A stretch of 64,000 bases of DNA from an uncultured Ignavibacteria bacterium (GTDB lineage Bacteria; Zixibacteria; MSB-5A5; CAIYYT01). Positions within the stretch are counted from its first letter, which is position 1, and every line of letters starts with the position of its first letter. Of the stretch, positions 18,727 to 28,996 are shown in pieces. The notes beneath the pieces are model-generated. The model made no database searches. It was not told where the DNA came from and saw only the letters and a program-made list of their open reading frames with translations. Made by a program: the position numbers and the translations under genes. The stretch spans positions 4,517 to 68,516 of the forward strand of contig CAZIBI010000011.1 of assembly GCA_964537215.1 (NCBI GenBank), written 5' to 3'.

Positions 18727-20301
18727 TTAGTCCTTGCGCGTTTTCCGCGCATCGAGCACGGCGGGATTGTTATTGTGGTAGAATGTGATCGTCGCCTTTT
18801 TGGTGCCGGCCAGATAGACTTCGTAGCCGTCTTTGTAACCGCTGCCGTCGGCCGGAAGATATTTCGTCGAGCAGCCGGCGCACGAGCCGGCGACATACAT
18901 CATCATTTCGATCCACGACTCAAGACTGTCGGTGGCCGACAGTGCAGTAGTCAGCGAGTTGATGATGCTTGTAATCCGCGTGTCGTTTTGCGTTCCATTG
19001 GCCGCCAGAAGAACGGTTATCTCTGCAACCGCGTTAGAGCCATCGGCGTCAAAAGCTTCGTTCAGCCCGGTGATGCCAACAGTCGATCCGCCAAGCTGCG
19101 TCAGGTTCGTCACCGTCGCCAGCGTGCCGCTGGGAGCAAGCCTGGTTGAGACCGCAACGTCAAGATTCGGCGCTTCCGAGGAAGTGATCGCGCTGGCTGC
19201 AATCTTGGCCCCTGTTATTGCGTCGGTGCCAATTTCGCCAGCGTCGATAGTCCCGGAAGTATTATTCAGATCAATCCCGGCCTCGCCGGTGGCGTTAACG
19301 TCGAGCGTCCGCGCTGGTACTGTCGGTGCCAGGCGCGATGATACCGGAACGTCAAGCCCGATCGCTATGGCATCCTGCAAACCCTGCAGCTTTGTTTGCG
19401 CACCGGAGAATGAAGTATCGCTGTCCAATCCATTAGCTCCGAGCCGGACAAATCCACTGACGTTGCCGCTGAGATTTCCGAGCACATGCAATTCCGCCGA
19501 GACATAGTTCTCGTTGCCGTCGAACATTCCGTTGAGGCCGAGAATGCCAAAATTGGTACCGCCGAGCTGGGTGACGTTTGTCACGGTCGCCAGAGTACCA
19601 CCCGGTGCGAGCCTTGAACTAACAGCCGCATCGAGGTTCGGCGCCTTAGCTGCAGTGATCGCGCCGTCCGCGATCTTCGCGCCCGTCAAAAAGCCGTCGG
19701 CAAACTTGGCGGCAGTGAAAGAGTTGCTCTCCAGATCTCCAGCTCCGAGCAATCCGCTCGTAGCATCGAAGTCGACACCGGCGTAGCCGATACCGTTGAT
19801 CGCGAGGGTTCGACCTGCCACTGCGGGAGCAAGCCGCGAAGTCACCTGCGCATCGAGGTTTGCCATGATCCTTGCATCGACGGCCTCGACTGTGTTGGTC
19901 TTCACATCGTATTGGAACTTGGTTTCTGCTATGTCGCCGGCGCCGTAGAGAGTCACCGTCGTCGTGTACTGGCCAAGCCCGCCCGCCCCGTCGATGTCCT
20001 GTATCTGATCATACCAGATGTAGCTGGTATCTTCGCGGTTGACCACCATCGCAATACTGATGTCGTTGAATGGGAAGGTAGTCGAGAAAGCAAAGTAGGC
20101 CTGCCCTGTTCCCGCCAACACTGTCTTAATTGAAGCACTGTCGGGCTTGACCGGCACCACGACTGAACCAGAGGCGATCACGGGCTTAACCAGGTAGTCG
20201 CCGATGTTGTCAACGGCGCGCTTCTCGCCGAGATTGGATGCCACAAGCGGCAAAACCGGCAGGCTCAAAATGAGCAGCCGGAGCATGAATCTCCTGAACA
20301 T
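18727..20301 (-). CDS. Signal-peptide-bearing repeat protein (524 aa) with an internal ~170-aa duplication; putative fibre or adhesin, or a secreted moron
   Basis: The N-terminus (MFRRFMLRLLILSLPVLPLVAS) looks like a Sec signal peptide. The internal repeats are ...VSSRLAPGGTLATVTNVTQLGG... and ...VSTRLAPSGTLATVTNLTQLGG.... Confidence 0.45.
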   Translation of the reverse strand: MFRRFMLRLLILSLPVLPLVASNLGEKRAVDNIGDYLVKPVIASGSVVVPVKPDSASIKTVLAGTGQAYFAFSTTFPFNDISIAMVVNREDTSYIWYDQIQDIDGAGGLGQYTTTVTLYGAGDIAETKFQYDVKTNTVEAVDARIMANLDAQVTSRLAPAVAGRTLAINGIGYAGVDFDATSGLLGAGDLESNSFTAAKFADGFLTGAKIADGAITAAKAPNLDAAVSSRLAPGGTLATVTNVTQLGGTNFGILGLNGMFDGNENYVSAELHVLGNLSGNVSGFVRLGANGLDSDTSFSGAQTKLQGLQDAIAIGLDVPVSSRLAPTVPARTLDVNATGEAGIDLNNTSGTIDAGEIGTDAITGAKIAASAITSSEAPNLDVAVSTRLAPSGTLATVTNLTQLGGSTVGITGLNEAFDADGSNAVAEITVLLAANGTQNDTRITSIINSLTTALSATDSLESWIEMMMYVAGSCAGCSTKYLPADGSGYKDGYEVYLAGTKKATITFYHNNNPAVLDARKTRKD

Positions 20302-20314
20302 GGGGATCTCCTAT

Positions 20315-23300
20315 TTAGTCGATTTGTCTTTTCTTCTTGCGCAGAACAGTGCTGGGCTGCTCGCCGGATTGGAAAGTGAAGTTGAGAGTCGTTGGCTGGT
20401 TGATCGTGAACTGCTGCTGTTGCTCGACGAAGTTGTGCGTCACCTTTATCGTGTAGGGATTGTACAAGGCGCGGTCCGAGTTCTGGTTATAGGTCGTCGT
20501 CTTGGCCGAGTCACGGAATTCATCCAAGATCGTGATCAGTTGACCGGAAACTCCCGTAACGCCGGAATAGACCAGCGAGTCGAGCGCATTGCGGATCTCC
20601 ACGTTCGTGCCGGAAAGCGGCGCGGCCGTTTCGTTGCGGCTATTGATCGTCGCCGTCCACGAGATAAACCATTCGGTGCCGTCATTCGGCGTGGTGAGGA
20701 AATTATAAGCGCCGAACATCATCGTGCGCTCGAACGCCGAATCGGCCTCGGCGTCGCCGTAGCGATTGTCGATGAATCGCAAATCGCGGGACGACAGATA
20801 CGTGTTCTCGCCGTTCTTGGCCTTGCGCCAGTTCGGGGCGGTCAGCGTATCCTTGAAATCGAAAAAATTATCGCGGAATTCGAGGCCAACCGAGTTGACA
20901 CCAACGCCGCGCAGCAAGAGTCCATTGGAGATAAAATTGTTGTGCCGCATTTCCATGAAGTCGACGCCCGCCTGGTAGCTCCAGCTCGGGTAGTAAAGCT
21001 GCAGCGCCGATCCCGTCACCGTTCCGGTCGAGAAGCCTCGGAAAGTATTGTCGTGGATGAACCACTTGAAACTGCCGGAGCGCGTAATCCGGATGCCGTC
21101 GACGGCCGGCGCACTCGGATTGATCGCCAGCGCCGTCGCGTAATTGTTGCGCAGAGAACAAATCGGCGCGCCCTCGATCTGGATACCGTAAGCGAGATTC
21201 CCGTAGCCATATTCCTGCGAGTACTGGTAGGACTCGACAGAAATGATGTTGCCCTCGACAATCGACCACTGCATCGAATCCGGATCAACTGCCTTGGTGG
21301 TTATATGGATGCCGGTGCCGTGGTAGGTCCCGGTGCCGAAGACCTTGTTGTAACGAATGATGCTCGCAGCATTGCCATAATCTTCAATCGCGAATCCGTT
21401 TGTGAGTACTGTCTTGGGGTAGAATTCGCAATTCTGAACGATGTTGCGCGGGTATTGGAGTATCCCGTCACCTGTCACGTCGCGCTTCGTGGTTACATAG
21501 ACGCCCTGGTAGGGATAATTATAGAAGCGGCAATGATCAATGACAGAACTATATCCATAGCCTCCCTTGTCGGCTCGCAGATTCACCCCGACCGAAGGCA
21601 CCGCCTCGCGCTTGGTGTAATGGAATGACAGCGGATTATCCGGGAAGGTGACATCGGTCGAATCGACATTCCAGCGAATAGCGTTCCAGGTGAAAATGCC
21701 ATTGGGATTTGAACCCTTCGGGAAGATCGTCGCCTTCTTGATCGTGACATCCGAGCAAGTATAGGAGCCGTAAATACCGACGCTGAACAGCGACGGCTGA
21801 ACCGGCTCAATGCGGAGATCTCTGATGATCGTCCCCTCGCCAACACCGCCGGCGACGCCGAGTCCCCAAAACTCGCGGTTGCTCGCTGTCGTGCCGTAAC
21901 AAGTGCCACCATCGACAGCCATCGTATCGCCCGCGGCATCGTGATAGCGCTGCGCGTTCATCATGTCGAGCACGAGCGAACAGGTGTCCGGTTCAAGCGC
22001 GACGCCGAACGATCGGAACGTCGTATGCAGAACATGATCGAAGTAGACTTGATCGGAGCTTGCAGCTGTGCTGCCGCCGGTAATCTGAATGAAAATCTTG
22101 TAACTCTCCACCGAATTGCCGGTCATGAAATGCACCCAAACCGGTTCGGAACCCCGCTCCATCGTACCAGTGTTGTTCGTCGCGGAATAAGCGGTATCGC
22201 CGCCTGCGGTTAGTAGTCCCATCGTCACGCGGACGTTGGTGTTGGCTGTGTTCAGATACGCCATTTCGATCGCGTGATGAGTCTTCGGTGCAAAATTGTA
22301 GAATGCCGCGCTCTTGACCGTCTGCGTTGTGCAAGGGAGCTGTACTCGCAGTGCATAGCCGCCATCCCAAACCGACGGTTCATCGCTGCCCTCCAGGACA
22401 ACTTCATAGTGACCGGACCTGCGCGTAATCGCCGGCGCATCGCTGAAGTCCCAATTCACAGCCCGGGTCGGATCGGTGTCGGGAGTCTCAAAGGAATTGT
22501 TAGCGATGTTGTTCAGCGCAACGGAGTCTGGCGCCAGCTTATAACCATTGCCGAGGATGATCACGGGCGTCTGAATAACCAGTCCCCACTTCTTATTGCG
22601 GCAATAAACATTCTCGATGAAATTGAGCGTGTCGCCTGAGGCGAATCCATTCGCCGTATTGACAAGCCCGCCGTAATTGTCATGCCACATCTGCCCGATA
22701 TCGTGCCACTTGGGACTGTGCGAAGGCGCGGCCGGCTGCCAGGCACCATAGTAGGTGTGTGGCTTCCCGCCGTAAGTGAAGTTCATTTGCGCCGGAGCGG
22801 TTGGTCGGCCGAAGTTTCGATTCTCCGGATCGGTCAGAAGCGGATCGACGTTCGGGGTACTGTGAGCATCGAGCCCGCAAGCCTGCCATTGCGTCCAGTT
22901 CGTGCTATTGGAATTGCAGTAGCCGATGAACGACGTCGCGGGGTCAAAGTACATGTTGCTGTCAATACTGATGAATTCCTGCGGCTGATGACCATTCCAG
23001 GAAACCAGTCGCATCCAATTGTCATATTGATTCGATGCGTGCAGATAATCGTACATTAGGTTGTACTTGACGACGGTGCCGCTCCCGGAGATAGCCTCCT
23101 GCGCCCCAAACAGGGCATTGCACTTATAGGCTGTATTGTTGCAGATGAAATTGCCGCCGCGAGCATATCCGGTTGAATCCGTCGCGCTGGCGCCGGAAAG
23201 TTGTATGAACGTGGTTGGTAGCTTATAGCCGATGTTTGTGTATGCCGAGCAGGCTTCCGCCTTCTCTCCGATCCAGATCCCATATTCCCTTTGCCCAATG

Positions 23301-24406
23301 CAAGTGCAGTTGCGCACGACATTGCCGACCGCATGATGGCCAAAGTCCGGATAGTTACCCATCTTGAGGCTGACGCCGGCCGCAAAGACCGTTGAGTCGA
23401 AATAACAGCCGTCGATGACCGTCTCTCTTGTCGCGTAAAGTGCAATCCCCGATCCACCATGAGGCGTCACTGCCGTGCCGCTCAAATCGCCGCGCACGTG
23501 CCACAAAGAACAGTTCAATATTTCATTGAATTGCGACCACGAGGAAAGTGCGGAGCCGTAGGTCGCTCCGTGGAAGATTGCCGCGGGATTGGAGTATTTG
23601 AAATTTGATGAATACTTCAGATTACATTGTTCGATTCGCCAGTTATCGCCCCCGCCACCATCGGATGTTCCCTGCGCAATCAGGTAATGGCCAAGATAGA
23701 TATTCAGCCCGTAGATCGTGACATAGTCGCAGGTCTCACTGCGACTGCTGAATACTTCCTGGACTGCTGCCATGTAAGTTAAGGTGTTCGGATTGACGCG
23801 CGTGGACGGCCAGATATATAAAGTGTCGGTGATGGCCTGATAGTAGAAAGTCCCAGGGCCGTTCATCCAGACAGATGTATCCTGCGCGAGCTGCGATCCA
23901 TAGATAGAATACTCGCCGCTGTTGAGCACACGGCACGGCCGCATGAGAACATTCGTGCCCTCGATGACGCAAGTCACAACGTCCGTGCGGCTATACCAGG
24001 CGTTTCTGGCTGAGGCTGTCGGCGCGTACACCTTCTTCCACTTCCAATTCGAACCGCTCGAATCAAAGCAGACCCACGAAGCGCCGCCAACGACTTCGCC
24101 GCCCCAGAGGGTTGTGCGGTAGGCGGAACCAACAGTAAAGGTCGAGCAGGCATAGACGGTTCGGTCTGTTGCCGAAGTGCCACCCGACGGTACATTGATG
24201 CGAACATTGTACCAGTTGCCGGTACCGAAAAGGACGGTATCACCGGCAACAACAGTCGAATTGATCTTTGTATGCGTCGCCCAAGCCGTCGCCCAAGACG
24301 TTCCATTGTTGGCATCACTGCCGCCGATTGCGACGTAATAGGTCAGCGCGTTTGCTGTCACCGACCAAAGCAGCAGCAGGGCCAGTAGCCCGATGATTCT
24401 CTTCAT
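20315..24406 (-). CDS. Signal-peptide-bearing right-handed parallel beta-helix (pectate-lyase fold) protein, 1363 aa; putative tailspike, depolymerase or secreted polysaccharide lyase
   Basis: The N-terminus MKRIIGLLALLLLWSVTANA precedes the beta-helix entry motif LTYYVAIGGSDANNGTSWATAW. The body is a long N/G/T/Y-rich repetitive region typical of beta-helix carbohydrate-active proteins. Confidence 0.5.
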   Translation of the reverse strand: MKRIIGLLALLLLWSVTANALTYYVAIGGSDANNGTSWATAWATHTKINSTVVAGDTVLFGTGNWYNVRINVPSGGTSATDRTVYACSTFTVGSAYRTTLWGGEVVGGASWVCFDSSGSNWKWKKVYAPTASARNAWYSRTDVVTCVIEGTNVLMRPCRVLNSGEYSIYGSQLAQDTSVWMNGPGTFYYQAITDTLYIWPSTRVNPNTLTYMAAVQEVFSSRSETCDYVTIYGLNIYLGHYLIAQGTSDGGGGDNWRIEQCNLKYSSNFKYSNPAAIFHGATYGSALSSWSQFNEILNCSLWHVRGDLSGTAVTPHGGSGIALYATRETVIDGCYFDSTVFAAGVSLKMGNYPDFGHHAVGNVVRNCTCIGQREYGIWIGEKAEACSAYTNIGYKLPTTFIQLSGASATDSTGYARGGNFICNNTAYKCNALFGAQEAISGSGTVVKYNLMYDYLHASNQYDNWMRLVSWNGHQPQEFISIDSNMYFDPATSFIGYCNSNSTNWTQWQACGLDAHSTPNVDPLLTDPENRNFGRPTAPAQMNFTYGGKPHTYYGAWQPAAPSHSPKWHDIGQMWHDNYGGLVNTANGFASGDTLNFIENVYCRNKKWGLVIQTPVIILGNGYKLAPDSVALNNIANNSFETPDTDPTRAVNWDFSDAPAITRRSGHYEVVLEGSDEPSVWDGGYALRVQLPCTTQTVKSAAFYNFAPKTHHAIEMAYLNTANTNVRVTMGLLTAGGDTAYSATNNTGTMERGSEPVWVHFMTGNSVESYKIFIQITGGSTAASSDQVYFDHVLHTTFRSFGVALEPDTCSLVLDMMNAQRYHDAAGDTMAVDGGTCYGTTASNREFWGLGVAGGVGEGTIIRDLRIEPVQPSLFSVGIYGSYTCSDVTIKKATIFPKGSNPNGIFTWNAIRWNVDSTDVTFPDNPLSFHYTKREAVPSVGVNLRADKGGYGYSSVIDHCRFYNYPYQGVYVTTKRDVTGDGILQYPRNIVQNCEFYPKTVLTNGFAIEDYGNAASIIRYNKVFGTGTYHGTGIHITTKAVDPDSMQWSIVEGNIISVESYQYSQEYGYGNLAYGIQIEGAPICSLRNNYATALAINPSAPAVDGIRITRSGSFKWFIHDNTFRGFSTGTVTGSALQLYYPSWSYQAGVDFMEMRHNNFISNGLLLRGVGVNSVGLEFRDNFFDFKDTLTAPNWRKAKNGENTYLSSRDLRFIDNRYGDAEADSAFERTMMFGAYNFLTTPNDGTEWFISWTATINSRNETAAPLSGTNVEIRNALDSLVYSGVTGVSGQLITILDEFRDSAKTTTYNQNSDRALYNPYTIKVTHNFVEQQQQFTINQPTTLNFTFQSGEQPSTVLRKKKRQID

Positions 24407-24422
24407 GATGTCCTTGAGAGTT

Positions 24423-25934
24423 TTAGAGTTCGAAGTCGAGGATCGTACGCGACACCGATGTGCCGCCCTGATTGGCCGTTATCGCAATCGAAGCGATATT
24501 CCTGATTTGATAAAGCGGCATCGTCAAATCCGAGGCCGGCGAATCGATAACAACGCGGTCGATGCCCTTGACATTTTGGATCTCGCGCGAAAGCTTGGAG
24601 AGTGCGACGACAGCGCCGAATTCGTTTGGATAGAGTCCGTCGGCGTCGCGGTAAGTCGGCGAACCGAAGCGCACGATCGCTTGCCGCACTTGCTCAATGA
24701 CCTGATCACGGAAATAGCCGTCGGCAATCCAGATCTCGATATCGTAACCGACATCCAAATAGGACGGATCGGATACTCTAACCTCGGTGAGAATTGCTCG
24801 GATATCATCGCCGTTCAGATAGGCGGCAACTTCGGCTTTGAACCCGGCGGCCGGATTGCCCCCGGAAGCGGGCACGAAACGCACGTCGATGGTTAGATTG
24901 TCAATTCCCACAGCAACCGCCTGTGCGATTGCGCCATAATCTTCAGAAACATAGTCGAGCAGTAGCGACTTGATGGCTTCCGAGGTCAGACCCGACATCT
25001 GTGCGCGCCACTTCGCGAGTGCCAGAACCTTGGCGTGCCGAACCGTCTCGGCATCCATGCCGCCAGTGGCCGCCAATGGATTTGTGACGGATTGCACGTG
25101 ATCGATGACGGTGAGAAGTTCCGTGATCGTGTTCGCGCCGACATTACCGGTCGATCCTCCACCGGTGCGATACGTCGCCCGAATGTTGTTGGTGCCGGCG
25201 GCCGGGACAGCTCCCATTTCACCATCGCCGAACTGCAGATAAACCCAGCCTTCGTTGTCGATCGTTATCGTATAGTGTTTCGCCGTCGGGCTGGAGTCCA
25301 CCAGATCGATAACTCTTGTCCATGTCACCCAGGCTGATCCGTCAAAAACGTCGATGCCTTCCGATTGCCACACCACCGGCCGGCGCTTCAGATAGAACCG
25401 CTGCCGCGCCGTGCCGTTCGATGAGCCCACGACTTCGTGGATCACTGACTCGCCCTGGATCACCGGAACCGAAGCCGTCGCCGCATCGGCGAGCACCAAA
25501 ACGTCTTGCGTGCTTTCGAACGGGATCGCGTCGTCAGTGATGCTGGTGTCGGTTGCGAATCGAGTGCGAGCAGGGATCGTTAGTTCTGCATGCGGAACCT
25601 CGAACGTGAATTGCACCGACGTTGTCGCCGAGGTCCTCTCCCTTACCATGTGCCCTACCTGCCGGCAGAGCGAGCGCACATCTTCGCGCCGGTCAGCCGT
25701 CACGAGAAACGCATTACGCGCTGCTTGGTTGGCTGCCTGCTGGGTGATGTGAGATAAGGAAGAAAAGACCGAGAGCAATTGATTGCCCGGATCGGTTGCC
25801 GAGTTGTCGGTCCAGCTCGGAGCGACAACTGACTTGATCGCGAGCGCGTTGTCGAGTAAATCCTGCAGCGAGTACTCACTGAACGGAATCTCGACCAGCG
25901 GGATCTTCCGCGTTCTGTCGGGAACTAAAACCAT
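24423..25934 (-). CDS. Baseplate protein, gpJ-like (503 aa)
   Basis: Its size and position immediately after the gp25/W-like gene (1-nt overlap) fit gpJ in the canonical V-W-J baseplate order. Confidence 0.5.
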   Translation of the reverse strand: MVLVPDRTRKIPLVEIPFSEYSLQDLLDNALAIKSVVAPSWTDNSATDPGNQLLSVFSSLSHITQQAANQAARNAFLVTADRREDVRSLCRQVGHMVRERTSATTSVQFTFEVPHAELTIPARTRFATDTSITDDAIPFESTQDVLVLADAATASVPVIQGESVIHEVVGSSNGTARQRFYLKRRPVVWQSEGIDVFDGSAWVTWTRVIDLVDSSPTAKHYTITIDNEGWVYLQFGDGEMGAVPAAGTNNIRATYRTGGGSTGNVGANTITELLTVIDHVQSVTNPLAATGGMDAETVRHAKVLALAKWRAQMSGLTSEAIKSLLLDYVSEDYGAIAQAVAVGIDNLTIDVRFVPASGGNPAAGFKAEVAAYLNGDDIRAILTEVRVSDPSYLDVGYDIEIWIADGYFRDQVIEQVRQAIVRFGSPTYRDADGLYPNEFGAVVALSKLSREIQNVKGIDRVVIDSPASDLTMPLYQIRNIASIAITANQGGTSVSRTILDFEL

Positions 25935-26308
25935 TAGCGCAGTCCTATGCTTATTGTCTGCCCTTGCGAGCTGTCCTTGTGGCGAAACTCAACCGAATAT
26001 CCCATCTGCCCAGCCGCAAATCGTTCAAGATTGATCGGGCGCACTGCAATCAAATCGACATTGCGACACCATACCCGGATTGAATCCGCGGTATCCGCCT
26101 GCAGCATCGCCGAACGGCTGACCGACGTGAAGACACGTTTGGGAAGTTCCGATCCGAATGTTGGCCAGAACGGCAATTCGCCGTGCGCCGTCATCAGCAC
26201 CTGGGCAATCGATTCCTTGAGATGTTGCACTCCGGATGACATCAGTAGCTTGCCGTCCGGTCCGAACTCAAGCGGAAATTTCAATCCGCGAATGTCGTCG
26301 AGCTTCAC
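25934..26308 (-). CDS. Baseplate wedge protein, gpW / gp25-like (124 aa)
   Basis: The sequence GELPFWPTFGSELPKRVF and the overall size match the GPW_gp25 family. Confidence 0.6.
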   Translation of the reverse strand: MKLDDIRGLKFPLEFGPDGKLLMSSGVQHLKESIAQVLMTAHGELPFWPTFGSELPKRVFTSVSRSAMLQADTADSIRVWCRNVDLIAVRPINLERFAAGQMGYSVEFRHKDSSQGQTISIGLR

Positions 26309-26571
26309 GAGATCTTGCCTGTCGCCGCGGTGGTTGTTGAGGGTGAATGTACGTGCGGCGCGCCGTCGTTAGGGGTCATTGTCACAGTCAGCACATCGAT
26401 TGTGGCATATTGATTGATGTGCGCTATGATCACCGCGGCCATCGCCCGATAGCGCGCCTGTCGATAGGCCGCGTGATTGGCCGGGTTGGCGTTCTCGCCG
26501 ATGTAGTTATTGTAAACAGCGTCCTCGGCTGCCATCATGGCGTCGCCCAGGACGTTAGCGTTCATGGCCAT
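26305..26571 (-). CDS. Hypothetical baseplate-associated protein (88 aa)
   Basis: ORF coupled by 4-nt overlaps to the spike-like and W-like genes. Confidence 0.35.
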   Translation of the reverse strand: MAMNANVLGDAMMAAEDAVYNNYIGENANPANHAAYRQARYRAMAAVIIAHINQYATIDVLTVTMTPNDGAPHVHSPSTTTAATGKIS

Positions 26572-26572
26572 A

Positions 26573-27091
26573 TCAACCTGCCTTCACGTTTCCGAGTCCC
26601 TGCGGGTGCTCCTTGCCTGTATAAGCGCAAACCATTTTCGTCGTCACCAGTTTTCCCGCAGCTCCATTGAGTTCGATATTGCCGTTCTCGCGGACCTTGA
26701 TCTCCGCGCCGCCGGAACTATGGATAATGATGTCGCCGTCTTCAACGAACTGCAGCCGGTGCCCGGCTGGAGTTTTGAAGACGCGAGTGTTGGCGTTTGC
26801 TTCACTTGGCTTAGGTTGCGTTCCTGTCCACTGATAGCCGAGAATCATGAACTCCCCGTTTCCCATTGGCGCCAAAATTGCCGTGTCGCCGATTTCCGGC
26901 AAACAGTAGAAGCCGAAGCCGGGCCCGGCGAATGGCGCGCAACTGTGACACCAGGCGGTGATATTTGCTCTCGGGTAGGAGTTATTGATGCCAAGCTCCG
27001 GGCTGCAAAATCCATGCACCTTAATCTTCACGCGCCCCTGTTGCTTTGGGTCAGAGACGTTGACGACAGTACCGCGATAATTCCTATACAC
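26573..27091 (-). CDS. Baseplate spike or assembly protein, gpV-like (172 aa)
   Basis: Its size and position between the gpD-like and gpW-like genes fit gpV. A G-rich beta-strand motif GDIIIHSSGGAEIKV is present. Confidence 0.5.
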   Translation of the reverse strand: MYRNYRGTVVNVSDPKQQGRVKIKVHGFCSPELGINNSYPRANITAWCHSCAPFAGPGFGFYCLPEIGDTAILAPMGNGEFMILGYQWTGTQPKPSEANANTRVFKTPAGHRLQFVEDGDIIIHSSGGAEIKVRENGNIELNGAAGKLVTTKMVCAYTGKEHPQGLGNVKAG

Positions 27092-28241
27092 TCAAAGCAC
27101 TCCGCTCGACATCGAAGGAAGTCCGGTAGCCTTCGTCGCGCGACCAATTGTGCTCGGTACCGGTGATGAAATAATCGCCGGAATACTTGGCGCCAAAATC
27201 ATTGAACCCGCGCACGATAAAATTGTGTGTCTGTCCCATCCGGACATGCGGCCAGCCCTTGAGTGATCCTTGTCCTTCGATGAACTTGCGCGCCCGCTTT
27301 TCAATCTCCGCTTGCGCGAGAATAATTGCTTCGTTGGTGCTGCGCACGGAGCCGCTGACAACCAAAGTCTCGACGCGGGTTGTGGCTACTTTGAGCATCG
27401 TGTAATCGAGCTGCCCGCGCTGCGGCTGCAGATCTGCACTACCGCGTTTCTTTCCTTGCGCATCGACCGAAGTCCAGGCAATCAGTTCGACCTTTTGGCG
27501 TTGCTTCAGCGGCCGGCGTCGCGGTCGGAAATGGTATAGCTCCACTCCCAGCGGATCGACTTCTTGTTCGGCCAGCGGCCGATAGTAGAAATTCAATTTG
27601 AACGTCGGCACAATCCCGACTTGCGTCGCTGTCGGCTGCAAAAATGAATCGTAGGCGACCAGATAGATTGTCTTGTTGCGCACAAACAGGGCGAGATCGT
27701 TTTCCTCAGCGATCAAACTTAGAAAGTACCAGTCCGTCTGATCGTCCGGGCGAAATCCGACTTGATAGTCGTTCAGTATGTAATCCTTGAGCGGCGCATT
27801 GGTGTCGATGACATAATCGAACCCGTCCGGCCGGTATTTGTCCAGGACAGCTGTCACGACTTCGAGCAGCTTGTTTTTGGCGTAAACTTCCGGTGGCCAC
27901 TCGAAACGTTTCAGGCGCCAGCTCCGATCGTAAGCTGTCAGCCGCAGTTCATTCGGCCGCATGTGAGCAAACTCCGGCGCATCTTCGGTCAGTTCGCCAT
28001 TGAAGACCTCCACCAGCTCGTGCTCCCATCCGATCTGCAGCGAGAATTCACTCTCCGGCGCTACTGCGGCAACGGTCAGATCAAACAACTCGCCGTCCTC
28101 AAACGTGACTTCGACCTTGCTGGTACTGCCGAGCTTTTCCTCAAAGGTGATTTCCTTCACCGCAAGCTTGGCGTTCTCGCTCAACTCCGCGCCGTTGATC
28201 GCAATCTGCCAGCGCGGCGTTAGCCGGCTGCTGTTGATCAT
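27084..28241 (-). CDS. Tail protein, late control gene D-like (385 aa)
   Basis: Its size and position after the tape measure, gpU-like and gpX-like genes match the P2 and Mu order. Confidence 0.5.
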   Translation of the reverse strand: MINSSRLTPRWQIAINGAELSENAKLAVKEITFEEKLGSTSKVEVTFEDGELFDLTVAAVAPESEFSLQIGWEHELVEVFNGELTEDAPEFAHMRPNELRLTAYDRSWRLKRFEWPPEVYAKNKLLEVVTAVLDKYRPDGFDYVIDTNAPLKDYILNDYQVGFRPDDQTDWYFLSLIAEENDLALFVRNKTIYLVAYDSFLQPTATQVGIVPTFKLNFYYRPLAEQEVDPLGVELYHFRPRRRPLKQRQKVELIAWTSVDAQGKKRGSADLQPQRGQLDYTMLKVATTRVETLVVSGSVRSTNEAIILAQAEIEKRARKFIEGQGSLKGWPHVRMGQTHNFIVRGFNDFGAKYSGDYFITGTEHNWSRDEGYRTSFDVERSALSV

Positions 28242-28420
28242 AGCGCCGCCGGGTTCTCGCCGCGGACGCGCAACTGCAGATCCGGATGCGGATAGAACAA
28301 ATCGGCATCACCGTTCAATGCGGCAATGCGCGTGTACTGCAGTGGGTCTTTGGCATAAGCCCGCTCCGCAATCTGATCAATTCTCTCGCGCGGCAGCGGG
28401 TTCAGAAACTGTTCATCCAT
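28238..28420 (-). CDS. Small tail protein, gpX-like (60 aa)
   Basis: A 60-aa ORF coupled between the gpU-like and gpD-like genes. Confidence 0.4.
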   Translation of the reverse strand: MDEQFLNPLPRERIDQIAERAYAKDPLQYTRIAALNGDADLFYPHPDLQLRVRGENPAAL

Positions 28421-28996
28421 TTATCGAATTCTCGCTAATCCTCTTGGCCCGTTGATTCCAAAGCTTACCGGCGAACGCCACTCTTTGAAACCGACGCGCA
28501 GGCCTCCCCGCCGAATAGTCCCATCCTTGAACCGCTCGTCAATCCGGAATGAAAACCGCGTCATACGGCCGTTGTAATACCAGTCGTCGCCGATTATCAC
28601 CCGCACGAGCGATGAGCGCCCATTGTCGGGCCGGATGTTTCCCCAGTCGCGCAGCGCACCGATCACATTTTCGATTTTCACCAGCTTGTTGTCGGCACCG
28701 TCATCGTAGACGAGGTTCCGGTCAAGGTTATGCCGAACCACGGGTGCGGCCGGATCGACAACCCAGTCCGAGACGATTTCCATTTCCGTTTGGCCGACGC
28801 CGAGGAACTGCACGTCGATCTTGTCGGCTCCCGTCCACTCGGTGTCTGACCAACCGTAGGAAACGGCCGGCTCGATCATCTGCGGATTGAATTGCAAACT
28901 GAAAAATCTGTTATCATCCAGATTGTAGAGCTGCGCCCTGGCTATCGCCTGCGGTGCGCGTGACGTCACGAGCCGAATTGGTATGACAATGTTCAT
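28421..28996 (-). CDS. Tail protein, gpU / DNA-circulation-like (191 aa)
   Basis: Its start overlaps the tape measure stop by 1 nt, which is the canonical position for gpU. Confidence 0.4.
   Translation of the reverse strand: MNIVIPIRLVTSRAPQAIARAQLYNLDDNRFFSLQFNPQMIEPAVSYGWSDTEWTGADKIDVQFLGVGQTEMEIVSDWVVDPAAPVVRHNLDRNLVYDDGADNKLVKIENVIGALRDWGNIRPDNGRSSLVRVIIGDDWYYNGRMTRFSFRIDERFKDGTIRRGGLRVGFKEWRSPVSFGINGPRGLARIR

Noticed and set aside
20204-21628. 474-aa plus-strand ORF, with other long plus-strand ORFs such as 13447..13905, 14248..14739, 8381..9133 and 36296..37093
   Set aside because: They lie antisense to long, well-supported minus-strand structural genes in GC-rich DNA. Their Arg/Val/Asp/Gly-rich translations are typical shadow ORFs.
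26305-26571. A PAAR-repeat spike tip protein
   Set aside because: The location next to the gpV-like gene is suggestive. But no PAAR motifs are present in the 88-aa translation.
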